The translations under genes were made by a program, and so were the position numbers. Shown in pieces: positions 47,199-56,973 of a DNA stretch of 61,147 bases. This DNA comes from Patescibacteria group bacterium (lineage in GTDB: Bacteria; Patescibacteriota; Minisyncoccia; Phycocordibacterales; UBA2100). Each line of letters opens with the position of its first letter. Position 1 is the first letter of the stretch. Location: the NCBI GenBank assembly GCA_038064835.1, contig JBBTSD010000012.1, positions 1 to 61,147 of the forward strand, given 5' to 3'. The notes under the pieces were generated by a model that ran no database searches, was not told where the DNA came from, and saw only the letters and a program-made list of their open reading frames with translations.

Positions 47199-47843
47199 TT
47201 AAAGCTTGGGCACCAAAATAGCGACCTGCTCGAGCAGGTGTTTTATCGAGGCACCATTGTCGGCGAGATAGCGTTCAGCAAGATAGACCGAGCGTAGAGC
47301 CTGTATCTTTTTCGGCGAGTATGGGAGTGACGCGAGCGCGTATTCCATATCGCGCAAAATTGTAAGCGGCTCGCCAATGGTGCGATCTTCTTTTTCCTTA
47401 GTCATCTTTTTTATAATGTCCATACGCGTATCGACATGTGCGGAAAGGAACAAGTGTGGCGCTGTGCGTGCGGCTATTCCACCAATCATTTCTACGCGCG
47501 ATCGCAATGTTGCAAGCAACTGATATGGCCGTGGCGTGAGCAAGAAAAAAGTTGCCTGAATCGTTGGCTCTTCAAGTGACTTTAACAAGGCATTTTGTGC
47601 GTCCGTGGTTGCTCCTACAAATTCGATAATAAAAATCCGCCGCGCGAGCTCGACAGGTCGCGTCTGTGCACGCATGCGAATATCTCGCGCGTCATCAATT
47701 TTGAGAACATCGGTTACGATACGAAATACATCCGGGCTTGCCGACATTACGCCGCGTGACGCTAGCTCAGCGAGAATCTCTGTGGTAGTGGCTCGCGCAC
47801 TATACGCATGATGAAAGTCTTGTAATTTTTTCGGAAAATTCAT
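47199..47843 (-). CDS. holB: DNA polymerase III delta-prime-like protein (short)
   Basis: HHAY, AQNALLKSLEEP, TLRSR. Confidence 0.75.
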   Translation of the reverse strand: MNFPKKLQDFHHAYSARATTTEILAELASRGVMSASPDVFRIVTDVLKIDDARDIRMRAQTRPVELARRIFIIEFVGATTDAQNALLKSLEEPTIQATFFLLTPRPYQLLATLRSRVEMIGGIAARTAPHLFLSAHVDTRMDIIKKMTKEKEDRTIGEPLTILRDMEYALASLPYSPKKIQALRSVYLAERYLADNGASIKHLLEQVAILVPKL

Positions 47844-47884
47844 GCATATAGTGTAACAGAAAGCCCCCTTACAGGGGGCGACTA

Positions 47885-48040
47885 TCACTCAAGGGCCACG
47901 ACCATTGTCGCAAGCATTCCAAAGATTGGCCCAATGATAGCCATTGCTACCGCCGCTTGTGGCGCACTGCCAAATGCGGCACCAGTGATGCCGATTCCGA
48001 TACCAAGCCAAATGCCGACGATTGCTACACCTTTCCACAT
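47885..48040 (-). CDS. 51-aa hydrophobic hairpin protein (below the ORF-track cutoff)
   Basis: GGAG SD; MWKGVAIVGIWLGIGIGITGAAFGSAPQAAVAMAIIGPIFGMLATMVVALE. Confidence 0.65.
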   Translation of the reverse strand: MWKGVAIVGIWLGIGIGITGAAFGSAPQAAVAMAIIGPIFGMLATMVVALE

Positions 48041-48054
48041 GGATTTTTCTCCAA

Positions 48055-48264
48055 TTAGCTCGCTAGACGCGAACGGAATCTATCATGCCGAACCAGCTGT
48101 AGCTGATTGAAATTGACAAGAATGTGGGTGGCGCACACCGAGCCAAGCGGCCCAGCCAGAACGGCCGAGACGGCACCGATATCACCTCCGCCACTGACAC
48201 CATAGCTAACCATAGTAATCGCAAGCGCCCATGCGCTCGCGAGGAGCACGAATTTCAACTCCAC
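48055..48264 (-). CDS. 69-aa 2-TM protein, possible paralog of 47885-48040
   Basis: GGGAG SD plus GTG; shared K-V-W-G-GP-AT pattern. Confidence 0.55.
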   Translation of the reverse strand: MELKFVLLASAWALAITMVSYGVSGGGDIGAVSAVLAGPLGSVCATHILVNFNQLQLVRHDRFRSRLAS

Positions 48265-48325
48265 TACTCCCTCTCTTTCTCTGCCGGTAAAACTATATGT
48301 ATATTCGATGAATCTGTCAACTTTC

Positions 48326-49342
48326 CTAGCGCTTTGAAATAATTGCCTTTTTGTAAGTAGCCAGGTGCTTAATGACTTCACCTGTCCCCTTTGCCACGCA
48401 GTATTGTGCGTCTTTGGCCACGCGAGCCTTCACCCCAGTGCGACGGAATACTAGTTCGGCAAGATTACGAAGTTGCGATGAGCCACCCGTGAGCGTGATG
48501 CCATGATCGATGATATCTGCTGCAAGTTCGGGCGGTGTTTCCTGAAGCACATCACGAATAGCGCCAATCATAATGCGTAGCTCGCGCGATATGGCACGCA
48601 CAATTTCGTTTGTGCCTACATCTACCGAACGCGGCAGTCCTGTGACATAGTCGCGCCCTTTGACGGGCATGACAAGCTCTTCTTCAAGTGGTACAGCAGA
48701 CCCAATCTGTATTTTTATATCTTCAGCCATTTTGTCGCCAATGGCCAAATTGTGTGTGCGTTTTGTGTAATCAATGATTGCTTGATCGATGCGATTGCCC
48801 GCACATTTTACCGAAGTAGATGCAACTATGCCGCCCAGAGAAATCACTGCGACATCAGTGGTGCCGCCTCCGATATCGACAATCATGTGTCCGCGCGCCT
48901 CCTGGATAGGAATACCCGCACCAATCGCCGCAAGGATTGGTTCTTTCACCACATAGGCTTCGCGCGCACCAGCTTTTGTTGCCGCTTCGATTACAGCACG
49001 GCGTTCGGTCGAAGTCACACCAGCAGGAACAGAAATCATCACTTCCGGTTTGAACATATTAAAGCGCCCAAGTGCTTTTTTGATGTAGTAGCGCAACATT
49101 GCTTCGGTGACACGATAGTCGGCAATGACGCCATCTTTCATCGGGCGATAGGCAATGATGTCGTCAGGTGTGCGCCCCACCATTTCTTTCGCCTCGTTTC
49201 CTACGGCAAGGATTTTGTTGTCGCGTGTCGATACCGCAACCACCGACGGCTCGTTGAGTACGATGCCTCGGCCGGGGGCGAACACCAAAACCGTTGTGGT
49301 TCCCAAGTCGATACCTAATTTTGGATTAAAGAAAGCGAACAT
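48326..49342 (-). CDS. mreB: Second MreB/Mbl paralog
   Basis: IDLGTTT, KEPILAAIG, DIGGGTT. Confidence 0.92.
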   Translation of the reverse strand: MFAFFNPKLGIDLGTTTVLVFAPGRGIVLNEPSVVAVSTRDNKILAVGNEAKEMVGRTPDDIIAYRPMKDGVIADYRVTEAMLRYYIKKALGRFNMFKPEVMISVPAGVTSTERRAVIEAATKAGAREAYVVKEPILAAIGAGIPIQEARGHMIVDIGGGTTDVAVISLGGIVASTSVKCAGNRIDQAIIDYTKRTHNLAIGDKMAEDIKIQIGSAVPLEEELVMPVKGRDYVTGLPRSVDVGTNEIVRAISRELRIMIGAIRDVLQETPPELAADIIDHGITLTGGSSQLRNLAELVFRRTGVKARVAKDAQYCVAKGTGEVIKHLATYKKAIISKR

Positions 49343-49609
49343 GGGCGCATTCTATGCTAGTGTGCCCCCCTTTACAAACAGAACACGAAAAGGACCCCCT
49401 GCTCGCGGAGAGTATCTATACGGGAATGGGTCCTTTCTGTTTGTACAGAAATGCTTCACAGTGGCGCACTTTGCGGAGACGGTACCGGACTGGTGCCAGT
49501 ATAGAAGAAAAATCCTGTCTAAACGCATTTGCCCGCCACATCGGCACCAACTAAAGTCCGAAGCAATCTTCTAACGATGTGCGTTTCGATTTCAGATAAC
49601 TCCTGTTCT

Positions 49610-50554
49610 CTAGACGGCAGGCTTCCAATACTTCTCCGAGATGCGTTTGTTCGAAAGGTCTTCCCAGTAGCCGTCTGTAAAGCGTCTATCCATATTTTTT
49701 AGTTTGTTTTTGACATATTTTATTTTATTTCCGAGAACTTCATCGTTGGTCGATTCCACTCTGCGCAATAAATCTTTGTAATCCACCATCATTGCTTCAA
49801 ATACCGTCGCCATATCCTCATGGTGACTCATTTGTCCATATCCTCGAGCGAACCCGAGAGGCTTCGAGTTAAGGTCATCTAATCCGGGCGCGGGATATGT
49901 AAAGCCAGGCGGATTCAGAGCTATCCAGTCACGGTAGTCATCGGCGTCATTCATTAATAAAAGATGTCCAATCTCGTGATGTGTTGTGCTTTCTCTCAGG
50001 GTTTTTCCCAAAGCCACGAAATAAGGCCTGAGAATATTCGTCGGCACTTGCGCGGTCATTGCGAGGCTATGTATTGTCGTTATCAGTTGGTGCCCACCGT
50101 TTCGTTTATGCCTCTCGGCGATGCCTCCGATCGGTAGCGGAAATAACCATTCTTGAGTAAGGCCGGCACCAACGCCTATGCGATGTACATTTTGTTGAAT
50201 AACTTCTGGTGGATATTGGCTGAGTACATGCGAGAGGTTCTGCAATGTCACCAATTCGGCCATTGCTGAATTTATGTGCGTCACCATAACATCACCACCT
50301 TTGAAGTTTTCCTCTCGTGTCTGTAGATCAGGTGCGCGCACATCGATTCGTATTTTAGGCCCATCCTTCTTTGAATATCTTTGCTGTAAGTGCTCAATGA
50401 GAAGTTGCTTTTGTTGTTCAATCGTTTCTCCTGCAAGTAGATTTATCGCTTGCTCAGCTAGCGGAGGGGCGGTGGCGACTGAAAGGCCTGCGGCACTGAC
50501 ACTGCGCATGAACGCTCGCCTAGTAATTCCTTTTTTCGGAAGCTCTTCTTTCAC
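49610..50554 (-). CDS. Putative exported zinc metallopeptidase
   Basis: TRRAF N-terminus, HHEIGH, GFARGYG...EDMATVF. Confidence 0.7.
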   Translation of the reverse strand: MKEELPKKGITRRAFMRSVSAAGLSVATAPPLAEQAINLLAGETIEQQKQLLIEHLQQRYSKKDGPKIRIDVRAPDLQTREENFKGGDVMVTHINSAMAELVTLQNLSHVLSQYPPEVIQQNVHRIGVGAGLTQEWLFPLPIGGIAERHKRNGGHQLITTIHSLAMTAQVPTNILRPYFVALGKTLRESTTHHEIGHLLLMNDADDYRDWIALNPPGFTYPAPGLDDLNSKPLGFARGYGQMSHHEDMATVFEAMMVDYKDLLRRVESTNDEVLGNKIKYVKNKLKNMDRRFTDGYWEDLSNKRISEKYWKPAV

Positions 50555-50740
50555 TACTGAATCATAGCATGTGTCTCAAGAGTGGTGGCCGTACTCTCTG
50601 GAAAGTGGGATCACAGGCCTTCGTACAAACGGGGGAGTCTTGCAAAAAAAATCACTCTTGCCCGCTATCAAACAGGTTCCCATGTCGTCTAGTCCTGTCC
50701 TGAGGCAAATTTGGTAACCCAACACCTGTGCGTTCGTGCG

Positions 50741-50767
50741 AAAACCCCCGCACGAATGCGGGGGTCC
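50741..50767 (-). terminator. Intrinsic terminator
   Basis: ACCCCCGCA-N4-TGCGGGGGT plus U tract. Confidence 0.75.
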
Positions 50768-50790
50768 TTGAACTGATGTAGCCTCCTGGC

Positions 50791-50997
50791 CTACTGCAGG
50801 CGACGATGCTCGCGCGCCTCGGCCTCGGCCCGATACTGCTGGGCAAGGTCGTGGAGATCGGCACCTTCGCGGGGATTGAAGGCAAAGGTCATCGCGACCC
50901 TTGCCTTCTGCGCGGCTTCGTCAGCGAGTTGTCGCAGGTCGGCGGGGGTCAAGGTGGCGAAATCCGTGGGGTCGATGTATCCGCTGTGTGCGAACAT
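50791..50997 (-). CDS. Small helical hypothetical protein (68 aa)
   Basis: Perfect promoter upstream, GAAGGGA SD-like, GC-rich codons, terminator. Confidence 0.7.
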   Translation of the reverse strand: MFAHSGYIDPTDFATLTPADLRQLADEAAQKARVAMTFAFNPREGADLHDLAQQYRAEAEAREHRRLQ

Positions 50998-51051
50998 GGC
51001 GGGCGGTTCCCTTCCGTTCAAGCTGATGGGCTCACCTGCCCACCTGGTTCC

Positions 51052-51080
51052 ATTATAGCATTGTATACCAGTATTGTCAA
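51052..51080 (-). promoter_or_regulatory. Perfect consensus sigma70 promoter with extended -10
   Basis: TTGACA-17 nt (ending TGC)-TATAAT. Confidence 0.85.
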
Positions 51081-51090
51081 TTAATCGCAA

Positions 51091-51129
51091 AAACCCGATG
51101 TGGGACTTACGAAGTCCCACATCGGGTTT
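51091..51129. repeat. REP-like palindrome, 18-bp arms, ACG loop
   Basis: AAACCCGATGTGGGACTT-ACG-AAGTCCCACATCGGGTTT. Confidence 0.85.
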
Positions 51130-51215
51130 GAATATATAGAGACGCCGAGCGAAATGCTCGGGGTCCTTGTACAGGGTCTCCCGCAACTGCGGGAAGCTTT
51201 TGTTATGATGTGCGT

Positions 51216-53084
51216 ATGTTCGTCGTACATGTCTACCCTGTCCTCCGCGGCACTCCGCTCGAACGTCTCAGTTACTTTTCGCGTGAAGCATATGCCCGTG
51301 GTTCGCTTATCGAAATCCCTATTCGGAAAAAAATAGTCACTGGTATTGTGGCACGAAGTGAGCCTGTAGCACACGCACGAGGCATGGTACGCACCAGCGA
51401 TTTTGCTTTTGCAAAGTTACCGCCGGGAATTGCCCGTCATCTCTGCGGAGAATTATTTGTAGATGCCATTGAACAAGTGTCGGCAAAAGGTACTGGTACA
51501 CCCGGTGCACTCCTTGCCTCACTACTTCCCCAAGCACTCCTTGCCGAAGAAATAATGCTCGCGCCGTGCGAAAAACGCGAGCTTGGTTTTGAAGAACAAC
51601 TGTTACAACGAGGCCGCACTGAACGCTTCGACATCTATCGCACGCTTGCCCGCGAAGCAATGGCGCGATCATCTTCGCTTGTGGTCATAGTGCCCACCGC
51701 ACAGGATGTCGAAGCGTTAAGCCTCGTACTTTCTACGGGGTTGCCTGAAAGTGCGCTCGTCAAACTCCATGCCGCTCTCCCCAAAAAAATTCTACGAGAA
51801 ACAATGCAGAAAACCGCACGAAGCGCAGAGCCTCTCCTTATGGTGGCCACGCCATCGTTTGTCTGGCTTACGCCCCCAAAAACCGCCGCAGTCGTAATCG
51901 AGCGAGAAGCAAGTGATCACTATCACCGCGACGAACGACCCTATGCCGACATGCGAGACATCGTACGAGCGTACGCGCGTACGCGCGGCGTCACTCTCAT
52001 TTGCGCAGACTCGGTACTGAGTATCGCCACGCGCCACTCACTCGAGCAAGGCACTGTCGCCGAACACCAGCCACTTACTCATTCCATTCGCACAACGCCA
52101 CACACATCACTAGTAGATATGCGCGAATACAAAACAAACGGGCGCGGCGAATTTATTGCGGTCTCACGCGAGCTTGCGCAAGTAGTAAAAGATATTGGAC
52201 ACGAGCAATCTCGGTTGTTTATTCTCTCAGGAAGACGAGGACTTGCGTCGTCAGTTATTTGTGGCGACTGTGGCTTGGGAATCTTGTGTAAGCGCTGTGG
52301 TGCATCCATGACACTGCACACCGCTGCGGGGAAAAAAGATACTCCAACAAAATTTCTCTGCCACCATTGCCGATTTTTTGACGACAGTGAGGCTTTGTGT
52401 ACTGCATGTACTTCATGGAATCTGAAAGCACTCGGTGCAGGCAGTGAGCTGGTCGAAAAACAAATCCGGGCCATAACGACACTCCCTGTTTTTCGCCTTG
52501 ATAGCGATACTGCCAAGACTCCAAAATCTGCGCAAAAAATCACTCATGACTTTTTATCACAGCCATCAATCATGGTGGGCACTGCTCAGGCACTCGCGTT
52601 TCTTCCCGAACGGATTCCCCATAGTGCCGTGGTCGCTATCGATTCACTTCTATCTGTCCCCGACTACTCAATAGAAGAGAAACTTTTTGGCCTTATCACT
52701 TCTCTCATCGAACGCACGGAAAAAAGCCTGCTGGTGCAGACACGCTCGCCAGACCAAGCAACCATTCGTGATGCGCTCGGTGGGCGCATCACCGAATTTC
52801 ATACTCGTGAACGCGCGCAACGAGAACAATTTGGCTTTCCACCATTCGCTGCTCTAGTAACCATCGGCCGGTTTGGCAACCGTCAGACAGTGACCCGCGA
52901 CATGGCGCTTATCATGCAAAGATTTTCTCCCTTCTCACCAGTTCTTTTACCTGCCCGTTTAGGCAAGGATCGCGGTACCGAGGCTTTCATAAGCATTCCG
53001 AAAAAGGCATGGCCGCATACTGAGCTCCTCGCGCAAGTGCGCTCGCTTCCCCCTTCGTTCCGTGTGCAAATTCGTTTGTCCTAG
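51216..53084 (+). CDS. priA: Primosomal protein N' (degenerate helicase motifs)
   Basis: RRG, four CxxC, G(S)E, RLDSD, VQT, PPF; no Walker A or DEEH. Confidence 0.85.
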   Translation: MFVVHVYPVLRGTPLERLSYFSREAYARGSLIEIPIRKKIVTGIVARSEPVAHARGMVRTSDFAFAKLPPGIARHLCGELFVDAIEQVSAKGTGTPGALLASLLPQALLAEEIMLAPCEKRELGFEEQLLQRGRTERFDIYRTLAREAMARSSSLVVIVPTAQDVEALSLVLSTGLPESALVKLHAALPKKILRETMQKTARSAEPLLMVATPSFVWLTPPKTAAVVIEREASDHYHRDERPYADMRDIVRAYARTRGVTLICADSVLSIATRHSLEQGTVAEHQPLTHSIRTTPHTSLVDMREYKTNGRGEFIAVSRELAQVVKDIGHEQSRLFILSGRRGLASSVICGDCGLGILCKRCGASMTLHTAAGKKDTPTKFLCHHCRFFDDSEALCTACTSWNLKALGAGSELVEKQIRAITTLPVFRLDSDTAKTPKSAQKITHDFLSQPSIMVGTAQALAFLPERIPHSAVVAIDSLLSVPDYSIEEKLFGLITSLIERTEKSLLVQTRSPDQATIRDALGGRITEFHTRERAQREQFGFPPFAALVTIGRFGNRQTVTRDMALIMQRFSPFSPVLLPARLGKDRGTEAFISIPKKAWPHTELLAQVRSLPPSFRVQIRLS

Positions 53085-53097
53085 GTATAGTAGCACT

Positions 53098-53634
53098 ATG
53101 TCCGATATCGTCATCGCTGAAAATCCCATACTGAAGCAAATTGCCACTGAGGTACCCCTTGCTGATATCCCCGGTGAGCACATCCGGGGAATAATCGCTC
53201 ATATGAAAAAGACACTGAGTCGTGAGCCGTTGGGTGTCGCAATCGCCGCGCCTCAAATCGGTGAATCTTTGCGCATATTTGTCGTGGCCGGAAAAGTCTT
53301 TATGGCGCGCAAGGGTGAAGACGCCCCAGCCGAGCCCGACCGCGTCTATATCAATCCAGAAGTGCTGAAAATGTCCCGCAAAAAAGAACCCATGCACGAG
53401 GGATGTCTTTCGGTTCGAGGAAGCGGTCCCGACATGCTCTTGTGGGGTACTGTCGAACGCGCGCAGAAAATGCGCATCCGTGCCTACGACGAGCATGGTG
53501 TGCAGGCCGAACACAAAGCATCCGGATTCCTCTCACAAATCTTCCAGCACGAAATAGACCATCTCGAAGGAATTCTGTACACCGAACGCGCAGTGCATGT
53601 GCAAGAAGAAAAGGATCCATCATATGGCACCTAA
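53098..53634 (+). CDS. def: Peptide deformylase
   Basis: GVAIAAPQIG, EGCLSV, QHEIDHLEG. Confidence 0.95.
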   Translation: MSDIVIAENPILKQIATEVPLADIPGEHIRGIIAHMKKTLSREPLGVAIAAPQIGESLRIFVVAGKVFMARKGEDAPAEPDRVYINPEVLKMSRKKEPMHEGCLSVRGSGPDMLLWGTVERAQKMRIRAYDEHGVQAEHKASGFLSQIFQHEIDHLEGILYTERAVHVQEEKDPSYGT

Positions 53635-54514
53635 CATTCGTTTTTGTTTTTTTGGCACACCAGAGATTTCGGTCGCTATTCTTGATGCGCTTTATGGCGC
53701 GGGTCTCACTCCTGCACGCATCGTTACTCGGGCAGATGCACCTGCCGGGCGAGGAAAAGTGCTCACTGCCCCACCCGCCAAGGAGTGGGCGCTTGCGCAT
53801 GGTGTGCCCGTGTCACAACCGCACAAAGTAACTCCCGATGTTGTGGCTGAAATTGCACAGGACGGCCCATGGGATGTGTTTGTGGTCGCGGCCTACGGAA
53901 AAATCCTGCCACAAGCGCTTTTGGATATTCCGAAGCACGGCACACTTAATGTGCACCCCTCGCTCCTTCCTCGCCTGCGTGGTCCATCACCGATTCGCTC
54001 GGCTATTCTTCAAGATGAAAGAGAAACAGGGGTTTCAGTAATGCTCCTCGATGCGGAAATGGACCACGGCCCAGTTCTGGCACAAGAAAAAATCGCGCTC
54101 GACGAATGGCCACCCCGAGCACAGATACTCGAAAACCTACTCGCAAAAAAAGGCGGCGATATGCTTGCGACTATCCTTCCTCAATGGATCGCGGGCACTA
54201 TTACTGCACGCGAGCAAGACCACTCACAGGCAACAATCTGTAAGATGATCCGTAAAGAAATGGGTCTTATCGACCTCTCTGCCGATCCGTACCAAAATCT
54301 TTTAAAAATTCGTGGTCTCGAAGGCTGGCCTGGCGCGTACGCATTTTTCGAACGCGGTGGTCAAAAAATTCGCGTGCACATTCTCACAGCACACCTCGAC
54401 GCTGGCGCGCTGATTATCGACACGGTGCGCCCCGAAGGAAAGCGTGATATGCCGTATGCTGATTTTCTGCGATCGGGCGCTCAACCAATCCCTACCTTCG
54501 CAGCATCTTCTTGA
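53624..54514 (+). CDS. fmt: Methionyl-tRNA formyltransferase
   Basis: FFGTPE, VAAYGKILP, NVHPSLLPRLRG, MDHG. Confidence 0.95.
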   Translation: MAPNIRFCFFGTPEISVAILDALYGAGLTPARIVTRADAPAGRGKVLTAPPAKEWALAHGVPVSQPHKVTPDVVAEIAQDGPWDVFVVAAYGKILPQALLDIPKHGTLNVHPSLLPRLRGPSPIRSAILQDERETGVSVMLLDAEMDHGPVLAQEKIALDEWPPRAQILENLLAKKGGDMLATILPQWIAGTITAREQDHSQATICKMIRKEMGLIDLSADPYQNLLKIRGLEGWPGAYAFFERGGQKIRVHILTAHLDAGALIIDTVRPEGKRDMPYADFLRSGAQPIPTFAASS

Positions 54515-54842
54515 TTGCCGCACCTCCTTTGCGCACGGCACTCATGCGTTTATTTTTTCCTGTGCGCAACTGTCGCATGATTTCGTCCTTCACTGCGTCA
54601 ATTGCAGCATTGATAGTAGTGTCGGATTGCTCGACACGAAATTTCTGACCTCCTGCAGAGAGTGTTATTTCTGCGCGCCACGACTCACCATGTTTTGATG
54701 ATTCATGCGCCAGCTCCACACGACACAGTGCCTCGGACTCAGATTCGTCGATCAATTTTTCAACCGCTTTCATCCGTTCGTCGAGATACGATTCCACCTG
54801 CGCATTCGCTGTGGCATTGGTCCATTTTACGGTGGTGTTCAT
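54492..54842 (-). CDS. hpf: Ribosome hibernation factor (HPF/RaiA)
   Basis: RAEITL...AAIDAVKDEIMRQLR. Confidence 0.8.
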   Translation of the reverse strand: MNTTVKWTNATANAQVESYLDERMKAVEKLIDESESEALCRVELAHESSKHGESWRAEITLSAGGQKFRVEQSDTTINAAIDAVKDEIMRQLRTGKNKRMSAVRKGGAAIKKMLRR

Positions 54843-55099
54843 AAGATTTTTTTCTTAACACTGATTGCTAATGTCTTTCTTTCTGCCCGATGTCCCGCAA
54901 TGATGCGTACATCACTTCGTGCCACTTGGTATATACGCGCAACAAGCAGACATATCCGCTCGTTAGCTCGATTATCGCGCGCCGGCTCCTTGGTGTAAAT
55001 GAGTAACACCCCTTTGACATCGTGTATCACTTTTTCCTTTCGCGCGTCCGCATGGACCACTACACGAATTCGTTTTATATCACGGGCGCTTTGTGGCAT
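54839..55099 (-). CDS. DUF167 (YggU-like) protein
   Basis: V.VHADARKE, EPARDNRAN, VRIIAGH. Confidence 0.8.
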   Translation of the reverse strand: MPQSARDIKRIRVVVHADARKEKVIHDVKGVLLIYTKEPARDNRANERICLLVARIYQVARSDVRIIAGHRAERKTLAISVKKKIL

Positions 55100-55322
55100 A
55101 TTCCTTGGTCAAATACGCAACGATGTCGACAGATTCGTACATTTCAATGCCTTTTGCTTCGTCAACAAGAAAAGGCACTTGGTGCATGCCGCCACGGGCA
55201 ACCAAATCTGCATCATGGTGCGGGTCGGCGATATCTTTTATGTCGAGGATAATGCCAAACTGATTGGCAATCGAGAGAACACGCTGGCAATACTGACATC
55301 CTTGCCTTACATACAGCGTCAT
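55080..55322 (-). CDS. Glutaredoxin/GST-N domain protein
   Basis: CQYC, QVPFLVD, MYESVDIVAYL. Confidence 0.85.
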   Translation of the reverse strand: MTLYVRQGCQYCQRVLSIANQFGIILDIKDIADPHHDADLVARGGMHQVPFLVDEAKGIEMYESVDIVAYLTKEYATKRP

Positions 55323-55362
55323 GTATTTAACATGATACCACACTTATGCTAGTATCGGCATA

Positions 55363-56973
55363 ATGTTTGCTCGTCTTGCATCGAAGCCAGTGTTGTTTGC
55401 GGTACTTGCCGTTCTCTTGGTGATTGTCGGTACACTTGTGTGGGGAGGAAGCGCCGAAGAAACGACCGGATACACCGTCAAACGCCGTAATCTCGAGCGA
55501 TTTGTGACCTTTTCCGGAACCGTTGTCCCACGAGAGCGCGTTGAGCTTGCCTTTGAACGCTCGGGGCGCATTTCGCGTATTAATGTCAGCGTAGGTGACA
55601 CCGTCAAACGCGGCGCTAGCATCGCAACACTTGTCGCCGACAATGCCTACGCAGCACTCCAACAGCAAGAAGCCGTGATTCGCACCAAAGAAGCCGACCT
55701 CGCCGCACTTCGTCGCGGTTCTCGTCCTGAGGAAGTTGCTGTAAAATCTGCAGAATACGAGAATGCAGTACAGTCCTCTGCCGAAACTGAAAAAGCACTG
55801 CGCGATGAACTCAACGATGCATTCGCCACTGCCGATACCGAACTGCACCACACCATCGATCAACTTTTCGACTCCCCACGCACACTTCCCCACTTGAAAT
55901 ATCCAGGACCGGACAGCAATCTTGATGCGCGTATCCGTAGTGAACGCCTCGAGCTTGAGGACCTGATGAAGTCGTGGCGAGCAGATGTGCAGGCAATCCA
56001 ATCCAACGCACTTTTTTCACAAACATTTAATCGCACCGCATCTGTTGCAGCACTTGCGGTTGTTGCGACGGAACCGAGTCTTGAGGAAATGACCGACAAA
56101 ACACGCGATCGACTCGCGCGGTTGTTTGAATTCACTAATGTTCTGTCTACCTATATACACTCAGTTACTGAAAATGCCGCGCTCACCGAACAAGCACTCG
56201 AGGACCACCGCACAGGGATTGCAGCCGCCCGCGCCGCCATTACCACGGCAACATCCGCACTCAACACCGCACGCAAAAATAATGCTGATGCGCGAGCGCT
56301 CGTTGTGGTGCGGAAAGCCAGTCTGCGTGTCGCTGAAGTTGGCGCATCTGCCGAAGACATCCGCGCTCAGGAAGCTCGTATCGACGCCGAACGCGCTCGT
56401 GCGCGCGAGCTAGCCGGCGAGCTGCGCAAATACACTATCTCGGCACCATTCGAGAGTGTCGTTATTGAGCGCCTTGTCGAGCAGGGGGAAATTAGCACTG
56501 CGGGCGCGCACGCATTCACCCTCGATAGCACTGGCCACCTAGAAATCGAAGCCCGTGTTTCCGAACTTGATATCATTTCAATCAAACCGGATGCGACTGC
56601 CGAGGTAACCATCGATGCCTTTGGTGACGATGTTGCTTTTTCGGCGCATGTGTCCCATGTCGACCCGGCCGAAGTCGATGTTGATGGTGTCCGTGGATAC
56701 GGTGTCTCGCTTATCCTTGACCCCGTCAAGGATACTGTTGTACGCGCTGGTATGACCGCCAATGTCCTCATTCATACAATCGAGCGCGAGCAAGTGCTTG
56801 CAGTTCCCTCTGGGTATATTCGCCGTGAAGCAGGAAAGGCGTTTGTGCAGATTGAAGGCCGAGACACCGAAACTGAAGTCTTCCTATCTGCAAGCGTCCC
56901 GGGCGAATTAATCGAGATTACCTCTGGTGTCTCCGAGGGAGATGTACTTACTCTGTATACCATCTATCGCTAA
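55363..56973 (+). CDS. Membrane fusion/periplasmic adaptor of an ABC exporter
   Basis: SGRISRINVSVGD, long coiled coil, GMTANV. Confidence 0.85.
   Translation: MFARLASKPVLFAVLAVLLVIVGTLVWGGSAEETTGYTVKRRNLERFVTFSGTVVPRERVELAFERSGRISRINVSVGDTVKRGASIATLVADNAYAALQQQEAVIRTKEADLAALRRGSRPEEVAVKSAEYENAVQSSAETEKALRDELNDAFATADTELHHTIDQLFDSPRTLPHLKYPGPDSNLDARIRSERLELEDLMKSWRADVQAIQSNALFSQTFNRTASVAALAVVATEPSLEEMTDKTRDRLARLFEFTNVLSTYIHSVTENAALTEQALEDHRTGIAAARAAITTATSALNTARKNNADARALVVVRKASLRVAEVGASAEDIRAQEARIDAERARARELAGELRKYTISAPFESVVIERLVEQGEISTAGAHAFTLDSTGHLEIEARVSELDIISIKPDATAEVTIDAFGDDVAFSAHVSHVDPAEVDVDGVRGYGVSLILDPVKDTVVRAGMTANVLIHTIEREQVLAVPSGYIRREAGKAFVQIEGRDTETEVFLSASVPGELIEITSGVSEGDVLTLYTIYR

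Noticed and set aside
50672-50729. tRNA-like 5' fragment or small RNA (GGTTCCCATGTCGTCTAGTCC)
   Set aside because: No T-arm or cloverleaf; only a 6-bp closing stem
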